DNA of 64,000 bases from a bacterium (GCA_021829835.1 JAKBPE010000003.1:3427-67426), one strand, 5' to 3'; shown: positions 50,826 to 59,863, counted from the stretch's first letter. Numbers and translations are program-made. Notes: generated by a model not told the origin, from the sequence alone.

Positions 50826-52045
50826 TTGTATGCCTCGAAATCCTTTCCTAGAAGGCTTGATGCGATTTTGAGATCCTGAATTTCGTCGGTGCCTTCATAT
50901 ATTCTTGTTACTCTGCTGTCGCAGAATAACTGCCCTACAGGGGAGAGAAGGGAGTAGCCGAAGCCTCCGAAGACTTGGACTGCGCGGTCTGCAGACTCGA
51001 ACGCAAGCCTTGATGAGATGCGTTTTGCAAGGGCCGAATGCAGATCCATTTCTGCGATTAATTTTTTATCGCTGGGATTTTTGTCGTATGCTTCCTTTTT
51101 CAAGGCCGCGGTATATACAGGCCATCTTGCCATCTCAAGATTCTGCCTTATTGCAGAGATATGTTGTTGGATAAGTTGGTGTCTGCCTATTGGCTTTCCG
51201 AATTGGGTTCTCTCTCTTGACCTGTTTATAACAGCGTTTAATGCACCGCTTATCAGGCCTAGACTTGCCGAGCCTATGCCCAATCTGCCATTGATTAGCG
51301 ATGAATATCCTACATGAAGGCCTTTGCCAAAATTACCCAATATGTTTTCCTCGGAGACTTCTAGATTATTGAATTCCAGCATTGCGGTGTCTGATGTGAA
51401 GAGGCCTATCTTCTCTTTCAGGTGCATCGTTACCTCGAATCCGTCGCTTTTTGTATCTACTATAAATGCAGTTATGTTGCCTTTCTCTTCTGCGGATGTT
51501 GCAAAGAGGATTATAAAATCGGCTATCGATCCGTTTGAGATCAGATACTTGGTCCCGTTTAATATGAATTTGCTGCCTTTTTTAATGTAATTCGTATGCA
51601 TTGAAGATGGATCGCTTCCTGCTTCAGGCTCTGTCAGTCCAAATGCGAATATTTTATCTCCATTTGCAATCTCTTTTAGATACTCTTTCTTTTGCTCTTC
51701 ACTGCCCCAGCGTTGTATTGCCAGTCCGCATATGAATATTTGGACATCATATAAAGTGGAGAATCCAAGCCCATTCCGGCTTAGCCTCTCTTGCACTAAT
51801 GCTAATGTTAATGGACTTGCGTCCTGTCCGCCGTACTCTTTTTTTATAGGAATTCCGAATAGATTGTACTTTTTAGCTATTTCAATGGATTCTCCGCTTA
51901 ATTCGTGCTTTAGATAATGTTCGTACTCTGGCATTGCCATCTCTTCTGCTGCCTTGTCTGCATTTTCAAGAATCTTCATCTCGTCTTCGGTGAATTCGTG
52001 AAATTGCTTTAGATCGGTTATGCTCTGTTGAAATGTTTCTTCCAT
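50822..52045 (-). CDS. Acyl-CoA dehydrogenase (copy A)
   Basis: FGLTEPEAGSD, LNGTKYLISNG, QFGKPI, QVFGGFGY, IYEGT. Confidence 0.95.
   Translation of the reverse strand: MEETFQQSITDLKQFHEFTEDEMKILENADKAAEEMAMPEYEHYLKHELSGESIEIAKKYNLFGIPIKKEYGGQDASPLTLALVQERLSRNGLGFSTLYDVQIFICGLAIQRWGSEEQKKEYLKEIANGDKIFAFGLTEPEAGSDPSSMHTNYIKKGSKFILNGTKYLISNGSIADFIILFATSAEEKGNITAFIVDTKSDGFEVTMHLKEKIGLFTSDTAMLEFNNLEVSEENILGNFGKGLHVGYSSLINGRLGIGSASLGLISGALNAVINRSRERTQFGKPIGRHQLIQQHISAIRQNLEMARWPVYTAALKKEAYDKNPSDKKLIAEMDLHSALAKRISSRLAFESADRAVQVFGGFGYSLLSPVGQLFCDSRVTRIYEGTDEIQDLKIASSLLGKDFEAYK
50829..51033. repeat. 205-bp direct repeat, copy 1 (3' end of ACAD A)
   Basis: Identical by eye to 52601-52805. Confidence 0.9.
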
Positions 52046-52585
52046 CTAGACAACTCCTACGCTCTCTTTTTTTTGTGCTTCCAGGTACCTATCCTTGAGT
52101 GCTACGTAATCTTTCCAGTTTTTGCTTATCCTTCTCTTATGCCTTTCGGATATTTTTCCAACTACTTTTCCTGGAATTCCGAGGACTATGGAGTTTGAAG
52201 GGATCTTTGCTTTTTCAGTGATTACTGCACCTGCGCCGATTATGCACCAATCCCCTATTTCGGCTCCTTCGAGTATTATGCTTCCCATTCCAACAAGGCA
52301 GTTATTGCCGATTACACAGCCGTGTATTATGGCATTATGGCCTATGGATACATTGTCACCGACTATTGTAGGGTATTTGTCTGCAGTTCCATGCATCACT
52401 GAATTGTCCTGTACACTCACGTTCTTCCCGATTTTTATATAATGCATGTCGCCCCTTAAGACTGCGCCGAACCATATGCTGGAGTTGCTTCCTATATCCA
52501 CATCGCCTATAATGGTTGCATTCTCAGCTATGAAAGTACTGTTGCTTATTTTTGGGCTCTTTCTATTGAATTTGATAACTTTCAT
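52046..52585 (-). CDS. Gamma-carbonic anhydrase family protein (CaiE/PaaY/YrdA-like)
   Basis: Hexapeptide repeats, LRGD, QDNSVMH, GHNAIIHG, G.PGKV. Confidence 0.93.
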   Translation of the reverse strand: MKVIKFNRKSPKISNSTFIAENATIIGDVDIGSNSSIWFGAVLRGDMHYIKIGKNVSVQDNSVMHGTADKYPTIVGDNVSIGHNAIIHGCVIGNNCLVGMGSIILEGAEIGDWCIIGAGAVITEKAKIPSNSIVLGIPGKVVGKISERHKRRISKNWKDYVALKDRYLEAQKKESVGVV

Positions 52586-52593
52586 TTCATCAC

Positions 52594-53826
52594 TTATGCA
52601 TATGCCTCGAAATCCTTTCCTAGAAGGCTTGATGCGATTTTGAGATCCTGAATTTCGTCGGTGCCTTCATATATTCTTGTTACTCTGCTGTCGCAGAATA
52701 ACTGCCCTACAGGGGAGAGAAGGGAGTAGCCGAAGCCTCCGAAGACTTGGACTGCGCGGTCTGCAGACTCGAACGCAAGCCTTGATGAGATGCGTTTTGC
52801 AAGGGAGACTCTGAGGTCAATTTCCTTTAGAAGGTCTTTATTATTTGGATTTTCTTCGTATTCTCCTTTTCTTATTGCTGCAAAATACGTAGGCCATCTG
52901 GCCATCTCAAGATTCTGCCTTATTGCAGAGATATGTTGTTGGATAAGCTGGTGTCTGCCTATGGGCTTTCCGAATTGAGTTCTCTCTCTTGACCTGTTTA
53001 TAACAGCGTTTAATGCCGCTTCTATTACGCCTACGCATCCTGATGCAACGCCTAGCCTGGCATTAAGCAGTGCGGAATAAGCAATATTCAGGCCTTTCCC
53101 TGGCTCTCCTATTTCACATTCTTCGCCTATTTCTACATTATTTAGGTCGATCATTCCTGTATCTGATGTAAAGAGGCCTATCTTCTCTCTTAAAGCAGTA
53201 CGTTCAATCCCGCTGCTTTTTGTGTCTGCAATGAATGCGCTTATATTACGTCCGTTGCCAACACCTCTTTCTTTGGATCTTGCAAAGATTATCAGGTAAT
53301 CTGCAATTGTGCCGTTTGAGATCAGATACTTGGTTCCGTTTAGTATGTACTTGTCGCCTTTCTTCTCGTATTCTGTCTTTAATGAAGAGGGATCGCTTCC
53401 TGCTTCTGGCTCTGTTAGGCCGAATGCGAAGATTTTATCTTTTTTGACTGCTTGCGGTAGGTATTTTTTCTTCTGTTCTTCACTGCCCCAGCGCTGTATT
53501 GTCTGTGCACAGAGAAACACCTGTACATTGAAGAAACTTGAGAAACCCATCCCTAATTGGCCTAGCCGTTCCTTGGCTAGAGTAGATATTATAGGTTTGA
53601 AACCTGAGCCACCGTACTCTTTTTTTATAGGGATTCCTAACAATCCGTATTTTGCAGCTATCTCGGTAGCTTCATGGTTAAATTCATGCTTTAGGTAATG
53701 CTCGTATTCGGGCATTGCCATCTCTTCTGCTGCCTGGTCTGCATTTTCAAGAATCTTCATCTCGTCTTCGGTGAATTTGCAGAATAAATTTAATTCCTCT
53801 ACAGATTTGCTAAATAACTCTTCCAT
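52594..53826 (-). CDS. Acyl-CoA dehydrogenase (copy B)
   Basis: Same motifs as copy A; probable start at 53826. Confidence 0.95.
   Translation of the reverse strand: MEELFSKSVEELNLFCKFTEDEMKILENADQAAEEMAMPEYEHYLKHEFNHEATEIAAKYGLLGIPIKKEYGGSGFKPIISTLAKERLGQLGMGFSSFFNVQVFLCAQTIQRWGSEEQKKKYLPQAVKKDKIFAFGLTEPEAGSDPSSLKTEYEKKGDKYILNGTKYLISNGTIADYLIIFARSKERGVGNGRNISAFIADTKSSGIERTALREKIGLFTSDTGMIDLNNVEIGEECEIGEPGKGLNIAYSALLNARLGVASGCVGVIEAALNAVINRSRERTQFGKPIGRHQLIQQHISAIRQNLEMARWPTYFAAIRKGEYEENPNNKDLLKEIDLRVSLAKRISSRLAFESADRAVQVFGGFGYSLLSPVGQLFCDSRVTRIYEGTDEIQDLKIASSLLGKDFEAYA
52601..52805. repeat. 205-bp direct repeat, copy 2 (3' end of ACAD B)
   Basis: Identical by eye to 50829-51033. Confidence 0.9.
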
Positions 53827-53827
53827 T

Positions 53828-54271
53828 TTATCCTGCCTCAAGCTTTTCTTTCATATTTGCTATTATGCCATTTACCTTTTCGTTGGTGACATTCTTTATT
53901 ATCTGTGAGCCTATTCCGCTGACTATGCCCCTGAACTCGGCATCTGCTTCCCATGATATCCCAGTTTTGTCTTCTTTTACAGACAAACTTGTCTTAAGGA
54001 TTATCTTAGCTCTGCTTCCTAATCCAGACCCGGTTATAGTATATTTTACATTTTCTTGATCTTGTTTTTCTATTTCCACACGAATGGCTAATGAGCCGCT
54101 GACTGCCCCGAGTGAGAGGTCTGTAGTTACAGAGAAGCTTTTTTCGTCTGTTTTTCTGAAGTCCCTGGAGTCAGGTATACAAGAAGAGACTTGACTAGGA
54201 TCGTTTATTAAGGCACTTACTTTGACTATCGGTGCACTTACTATAACTTCCCCACTTAATTTGAACTGCAT
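53828..54271 (-). CDS. CoxG/SRPBCC-family protein
   Basis: G...VSAP..V..LINDP..V.SCIP CoxG pattern; first gene of the acyl-CoA operon. Confidence 0.85.
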   Translation of the reverse strand: MQFKLSGEVIVSAPIVKVSALINDPSQVSSCIPDSRDFRKTDEKSFSVTTDLSLGAVSGSLAIRVEIEKQDQENVKYTITGSGLGSRAKIILKTSLSVKEDKTGISWEADAEFRGIVSGIGSQIIKNVTNEKVNGIIANMKEKLEAG

Positions 54272-54456
54272 ATTTCATCTATGATTAGAAGGTATATATT
54301 ACTTTTTAATCGGCTTTTTGGGTGTATTGTCCTGATTAGGGTTCTCATGCCTAAGAAGTTATTCTTTGATGAGTTCGATAAAATGCATAAAGAAGTTAAT
54401 TCAGATTATACATGGAGGAGGAATGGAAAGGAATAGATATTGGATTATTATTGAAA

Positions 54457-55203
54457 TTATTTTACTTCTGCCAAGATATTTCTCTGGAAATGACTCATTT
54501 CATCAAATCCGTTTATCTTTCTTCCAGTTTCAAGTTCAGTAAAAGAATTGTATCCTAAAGAATTTAATTCGTCAAATACTTCATTGTATTTACAATTTTT
54601 TCTATATAAAATATCCATCTGGACCTCAAAAATTATCTTCGGCTTCTGGTTTTTTATTAGATTACTTCCGCCTTTTATAACTTCTTTTTCATAGCCCTCC
54701 ACATCTATTTTTACCAATTTCAAAGTAGGATACGGCTTTTGAAATAGAGAATCTAAAGTAATCGTATTTAATTTATGTTTAGTTTTTAAGGATTTTGCAG
54801 GTATCAGAGAATTGCCTCCTGAGATCCCATCAGTAAAGAAGGTCTTTGATTCTTCTGATGCGCCCAAAGCGTAATTGAATAGAGTTATATTTTTTTTATT
54901 TAACGTTTCTTTTTGCAAGACAGTAAATGTATCTGGTGTCGGTTCGAATGAATATACTTTCCCATTTTCTCCTACAATTTCAGATGCTAGTTTTGTGAAA
55001 TGGCCAATATTCGCACCGATATCAATAAAAAAATCACCTTTTTCTAGAATACTTCTTAACATCTCTGATGTTGCAGGTTCATATTCTTCATATTTGTTGT
55101 TTCGTGCAATAATTTCTCCTACAGTTATCCATAAGTATCTTATGCCTATTTTTGAAATTATATTGAATAAGGGAGAATGTTTTATGAAAAATTTTGCATA
55201 CAT
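54457..55203 (-). CDS. FkbM-family SAM-dependent methyltransferase
   Basis: FIDIGANIG, SFEP, ITLDS, KIDVEGYE; visibly AT-rich. Confidence 0.92.
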   Translation of the reverse strand: MYAKFFIKHSPLFNIISKIGIRYLWITVGEIIARNNKYEEYEPATSEMLRSILEKGDFFIDIGANIGHFTKLASEIVGENGKVYSFEPTPDTFTVLQKETLNKKNITLFNYALGASEESKTFFTDGISGGNSLIPAKSLKTKHKLNTITLDSLFQKPYPTLKLVKIDVEGYEKEVIKGGSNLIKNQKPKIIFEVQMDILYRKNCKYNEVFDELNSLGYNSFTELETGRKINGFDEMSHFQRNILAEVK

Positions 55204-55453
55204 AATCCATACACTTTAATTTATTTTGATAATTGGATAAAATATTGTTTACTTTTTCCATCTTTTACTTCAAATTATAATTTAGATTATTTGAATAAAA
55301 TTATATATGTTTAGTATTGATGCCTGCCTTGACCTGTTTTCTTATCTGTCAAATTTAAACAGTAAATGGTAGACCTCTTCATTAGTTAGTATTTATTTGT
55401 AATTAAACTACAAAATAGTAATGAGTATTTAACTCTATAATATACACCAATGG

Positions 55454-55487
55454 AGGGATTCGAACCCTAAAGCCCCGAAGGGCACTG
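55454..55487 (-). repeat. 34-bp copy of the tRNA-Ser 3' half (att-like remnant)
   Basis: agggattcgaaccctaaagccccgaagggcactg identical to 55640-55673; flanks degenerate. Confidence 0.85.
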
Positions 55488-55630
55488 TTGTCTACTCCAG
55501 TTAAATTATTGTTTTTATGAAAGAAACCTATTGAAAATAAAGTATTCGCACCTGTTTACTTTTTGTTTACTAAAGTTCTGCTTGTTAGATTCAATATTTT
55601 CGAATCTACTTTGTCGATGAATTGGGAAAT

Positions 55631-55754
55631 CGCCAGGGTAGGGATTCGAACCCTAAAGCCCCGAAGGGCACTGGTTGGCTTGTTCGCATCACTAATCAGC
55701 TCTTGATGATTTAAATCTCAAGACCAGCGCGTTACCAGATTCTGCCACCCTGGC
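55631..55754 (-). tRNA. tRNA-Ser(TGA) with 40-nt intron at 37/38 (55677-55716)
   Basis: GCCAGGG acceptor, CTGGT-CT-TGA-G[intron]A-ACCAG, long variable arm GCCCTTCGGGGC, G73; BHB helix CUUG/CAAG. Confidence 0.95.
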
Positions 55755-55780
55755 ATATGTAGAAGTATTAGTCGCTTGCT

Positions 55781-55796
55781 TATTTATAAAGCTTTC
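55781..55796 (-). promoter_or_regulatory. BRE-TATA promoter of tRNA-Ser
   Basis: Minus strand GAAAGCTTTATAAATA, about 27 nt upstream of the tRNA 5' end. Confidence 0.6.
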
Positions 55797-55830
55797 AGCA
55801 TGCTTATTAATTTTTCTTTTTAATAGATAT

Positions 55831-57090
55831 ATGGTCTATATGGCGATTAACAGGCTCAACAAGGAACAAGACGAGAGGATACTTGTACTCGCCATAGATG
55901 TAGATAATGATCTTTACAGAAAGACAAAGATAAGCGGGCCATTGATTGGAAAGGTGCAGAACCTAAACGGCGCAACACAGCTTGCACTGGCTGATCCTGA
56001 AGAGACTGATGCAAATACAATGTTTGAAGCGGTGAAGATTTATGATGAGCTGAAGGAGAAGGGATATATAGTAAACGTTGCTACGGTCACGGGAACAGAG
56101 ACAGAGGGATATGATTCGGACCGAGAGGTTGCAAGACAGATTGATCTTATTCTTGAGAGAAACCATTCAGATGTATGCATTCTTGTGACAGACGGCGCTA
56201 GCGATAATAGGGTAATACCCATCATACAATCAAGAATCAAGATAAACAGTGTCAAATATGTCAGAATGAAACAGTCAGAAGCTTTTGAGAACGCATACTT
56301 CACAGTGCTTGAGAAGCTCAAAGAACCGCATTACGCAAGGATAGTATTCGGAATACCTGCTGTGCTTATCCTTGGCCTGGCCATAAGCTATATGGCAGGG
56401 ATAGGCTGGGAACCTGCGGCGGTGGTAATAGGGCTTTACCTGGTTCTTGTAGGCTTTGGAGTTATTGAATCGATAGAAAATTCATTCAGAGGCTTTGGAT
56501 TCAGCATAGAACATATGAGTTTTGCTTTCTATCTGGGTTCATTTATCTTCCTGGTAGCAAGTTTTGCCATAGGAGCCGGAAATTATGCAAGCCAGATTCT
56601 TAGCTTGGGAAATAATCAAGTTCTGGCATTGGCTTATGGAGTGGAAGGATTCATGCTTCTGCTTCCGATAACATTAGTGCTCTACCTTATTGGAAGGATA
56701 ATAGATGCCAGAAAGACCAAATATATATTTAGGGAGTTCAAGTATGGAGGATATATAGGCTCATCGCTGATATTATGGGTTTTGATCTACTCGTTTGTAG
56801 CATGGATAATAGGTCAGATATACTTCTCAGCTTTTGTAAATTATACAGCAATTGCCATAATAATAGGGGTTGCGATATCCTTTTCTTCAGGATTCCTGAG
56901 AAAGAGAGTTTTGAGAACAAAGAAGCTTAGGGGAAGGCTTGTTGTAAATGAACTCGGAGCCTCAATAGGCAAGGTTGAAAGGATAGACATAAACCAGGGG
57001 AGATTTATAATAAATACCAACTTTGGAAATCCTATAACTTATAACATAGACAGGATAGTAGAGGTATCCGACAAGGTAGTAATAAAATAG
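55831..57090 (+). CDS. DUF373-family membrane protein with C-terminal PRC-barrel
   Basis: LVL.IDVDNDL, LADPEETDAN, TDGASD, V..QS; C-terminal LRGRLVVNELGASIGKV..I..VSDKVVIK. Confidence 0.85.
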   Translation: MVYMAINRLNKEQDERILVLAIDVDNDLYRKTKISGPLIGKVQNLNGATQLALADPEETDANTMFEAVKIYDELKEKGYIVNVATVTGTETEGYDSDREVARQIDLILERNHSDVCILVTDGASDNRVIPIIQSRIKINSVKYVRMKQSEAFENAYFTVLEKLKEPHYARIVFGIPAVLILGLAISYMAGIGWEPAAVVIGLYLVLVGFGVIESIENSFRGFGFSIEHMSFAFYLGSFIFLVASFAIGAGNYASQILSLGNNQVLALAYGVEGFMLLLPITLVLYLIGRIIDARKTKYIFREFKYGGYIGSSLILWVLIYSFVAWIIGQIYFSAFVNYTAIAIIIGVAISFSSGFLRKRVLRTKKLRGRLVVNELGASIGKVERIDINQGRFIINTNFGNPITYNIDRIVEVSDKVVIK

Positions 57091-57232
57091 AGGTCATGCT
57101 ATCTTGCGAATGGAATAGATGATTTGGTATAACTCCCATTTTCCTCGGATTGATACCTGAAGGATAATCTTTCCCTTCCAATTCCTGCATTTGACATGAA
57201 GAACCTAAAAACAATAACTTTCAATAATAGAT

Positions 57233-57919
57233 TTAGTTCTTTACTATGCTTCCGTTATGCTTCCTGTTTATTATTGCGGACCTGAGCTCTTCTATCTGAT
57301 CGTTTACAAACCTTATCTCGATATTCGCCCTCTTTGCAAGCTTGCTTGCCACAAGATCAAAGATGAATGATGCATCAGCTTCCCTCGTATCGTATTTTGC
57401 AGCTATCTCGACGAGTTTGTTGTGGTCTAGCTTTTCGAGCCTTTTTGCTCCAGGCTTGGAAGGAGGTCTGTCATATACGAACGAACCGTTACCTATGTTT
57501 ATCATTACTTTGCTGTTTACAACTTCAGAAGCTAGCACTGCAACAGAATCGGTTGTCATGCCCGGAGTAAGGCCTCCCATGAATACTATCTCGCTTGTTC
57601 TTGTGGCTGACCTTAGATCATCTAAGTTTGTTATTACATTTGGATATACATTAAGTTCGGAGAATATGTCTTTGACTATGAGTGCATTTATACGCGTTAT
57701 TGCTATTGCAATCTCATCAAGGACTTCGTTGTTTTTTATTATCTCCCTTGCAGGCTGGGTGTAGAGCCTGCTGGCATAACCTCCGCCGACAACTATTACA
57801 AATTTGTATATTCCTACATAATCTTTTATAAGTTTAAGAAATTTGTTTATGTAGTTTACATTTACCCCGTTCTTTTTGAAAACAACATGCCCGCCCAGAG
57901 ATAAACATATAGTGTCCAT
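57233..57919 (-). CDS. pyrH: UMP kinase (divergent)
   Basis: SLGG, VVGGG, D.I.I.ITRINA, PG.TTD.VA, FD.VA..L, GS.V. Confidence 0.8.
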   Translation of the reverse strand: MDTICLSLGGHVVFKKNGVNVNYINKFLKLIKDYVGIYKFVIVVGGGYASRLYTQPAREIIKNNEVLDEIAIAITRINALIVKDIFSELNVYPNVITNLDDLRSATRTSEIVFMGGLTPGMTTDSVAVLASEVVNSKVMINIGNGSFVYDRPPSKPGAKRLEKLDHNKLVEIAAKYDTREADASFIFDLVASKLAKRANIEIRFVNDQIEELRSAIINRKHNGSIVKN

Positions 57920-58094
57920 TATATCGAATAATAAGTACGGTTTATATTTATAAATCTGCCGCATTTTGGAAGGATATATCAAGCTTTTCTGTATAATATT
58001 ATATTTTAGCAAGATTTCTTTTCAGATTTTTATCCGTGTTAATCCCGTATATGAAAGGACTCAGATTGCTTTTTGATGCCTGGGAAGGAAAAAC

Positions 58095-59000
58095 TTATTT
58101 TCTGATTTGGCTTGAGAGATAGACAAGGATGGCAGCTTCGACATACATCTTGTTTCTTGCCTGTTCCCAGATTATGGATGATTTTCCGTCTATAACTTCT
58201 GATGTTACCTCTTCTCCGCGATGCGCAGGCAGGCAGTGCATGAAAAAAGATCCGCTGGAAGCATAGGACATCGCTTTCTTGTTTACCTGATAGCCGGATA
58301 ATTCTTTTTTCTTCTTTTTGGCTATAGATTCTTCCCCCATGCTTACCCATGTGTCAGTATATACAAATTCCGAATCTTTTAATCCGTTTTTTAATGAATC
58401 AGATATGCTTACTATGCCCTGTGATCTGGCTTTCTTAAGGTATTCAGCGTTAGGCTTTATTGAATGTGGACCTACCATTGAGAACTTCATGCCGAGCTTT
58501 GTTGAAGCGAGAAGCAGTGAATTTGCAGTATTTGTTGCTATGTCTCCGACAAATGAGAGCTTTATGCCGTTTAAGTCTTTTCTTATTTCGCGTATAGTGT
58601 ATATGTCGCTGAGAGCCTGGCAAGGGTGTTCGAGATCTGTGAGTGCATTTATTACAGGCACATCTGAAGCTTTGGCGAATTCCAGCAGATCGCTATGCTT
58701 GTTCATTCTTGCAGCAATTATATCAGTATAAAGGCTTAGAATTTTCGAGGTGTCTTGATATGTCTCACCTCTTGATGCCTGCATGGTTTTAGTATCGAGG
58801 TATATTGGAGAGCCTCCTAGCATAAGCATTCCAGACTCAAAGGATGTCCTTGTCCTGGTTGAAGGTTTTTCAAAAAGAAGGGCAAGCCTCCTGTCTTTCA
58901 TTGAGTCTTTTAATCCGCCTCGCTTTATTCTGTCAGTAATCTCGAATATCTTGACGATGTCTTTCTTCCCCAAGTCATTTATGCTTACAAGATTTTTCAA
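58095..59000 (-). CDS. argF: Ornithine carbamoyltransferase
   Basis: FEKPSTRTR, HPCQAL, TDTWVSMG, MHCLP. Confidence 0.95.
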   Translation of the reverse strand: MKNLVSINDLGKKDIVKIFEITDRIKRGGLKDSMKDRRLALLFEKPSTRTRTSFESGMLMLGGSPIYLDTKTMQASRGETYQDTSKILSLYTDIIAARMNKHSDLLEFAKASDVPVINALTDLEHPCQALSDIYTIREIRKDLNGIKLSFVGDIATNTANSLLLASTKLGMKFSMVGPHSIKPNAEYLKKARSQGIVSISDSLKNGLKDSEFVYTDTWVSMGEESIAKKKKKELSGYQVNKKAMSYASSGSFFMHCLPAHRGEEVTSEVIDGKSSIIWEQARNKMYVEAAILVYLSSQIRK

Positions 59001-59010
59001 CTTACAGCAC

Positions 59011-59385
59011 CTATCCGAAGATAGAGCCTATCCCTGATTCGCTGTTGGATATCTCTTCCTCTATCATCGAGATTACTTTTTTTTCTGTTTCTGGATCTGC
59101 GCGTTTTGCATTTTCTATAGCTGAAAGAAGTTTTGGTTCTGCGAGCGCTAAGAATTCTTCGTTTGCATTTAGATATAGGTAGCATTTGTCTTTCTCCATG
59201 CCTATGGATATGCCATCTTTTATCTGGTAGTCCTGCCTTGCGAATATTACGTTTGCGGCTTTGTCCTGTTTCAACGATGCAAGCTCTTCTTCTGTTTTGC
59301 TTTTGTCGAGATAGGGATCGTATGCCATCAGGGCCTTCAGTTTTTCCATATCCTTTTCGTCACAGAGATATACGCGTGCAGGCAT
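59011..59385 (-). CDS. Hypothetical protein with P-stalk-like C-terminus
   Basis: 124 aa, 5 nt downstream of S8e; ends EEEISNSESGIGSIFG. Confidence 0.8.
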   Translation of the reverse strand: MPARVYLCDEKDMEKLKALMAYDPYLDKSKTEEELASLKQDKAANVIFARQDYQIKDGISIGMEKDKCYLYLNANEEFLALAEPKLLSAIENAKRADPETEKKVISMIEEEISNSESGIGSIFG

Positions 59386-59390
59386 CCTGA

Positions 59391-59786
59391 TTACCCTATC
59401 AACCTTGCATTTACGCTGCCTTCCTTCCCGGGTCTGTTGGTTATAATCGCCTTGCCTGCTTCTGTGGAAATTATGGAGCCTTTTGTCATTATCCTTAATC
59501 TTGAGAAGTTTCTGTTGTCCGGAGATTCCAGAATGTCGGTAATCTTGACTTTTTTATATCCTGAAGGAGTAAGAAGGTTGACATTTGCAGCATATTGCAG
59601 CTTGTTCTTTTTGTTTGATCCTCTGCCTCTCACGCTCTTGAGATGATCTGTTTCCGATAAGGTTGTCTTTGCGAAGAATCCTCCGCTTTCGCTCCTCCTT
59701 TTGTCTCTGAATTTCTTCTTGGCTTTCCCATTGCCTTCCTTCTTTCTGAATGGTTTTCCATGGAATTGGGATCCGAACTGGCTCAT
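59391..59786 (-). CDS. rps8e: 30S ribosomal protein S8e
   Basis: VRGRG.N.K, TKGSII.TE.G.A.ITNRPG.EG.VNA. Confidence 0.95.
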   Translation of the reverse strand: MSQFGSQFHGKPFRKKEGNGKAKKKFRDKRRSESGGFFAKTTLSETDHLKSVRGRGSNKKNKLQYAANVNLLTPSGYKKVKITDILESPDNRNFSRLRIMTKGSIISTEAGKAIITNRPGKEGSVNARLIG

Positions 59787-59863
59787 ACTACCACTTATTA
59801 ATATAGTTATTATTTTTGCAACTAAAGGAATATATCCCTATGCCCTCTGCCAATATATGCCAT

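Noticed and set aside
55441-55500. Split-tRNA 3' half
   Set aside because: T-stem end and acceptor strand are degenerate, there is no GC-rich leader, and no matching 5' half is seen; an att remnant fits better
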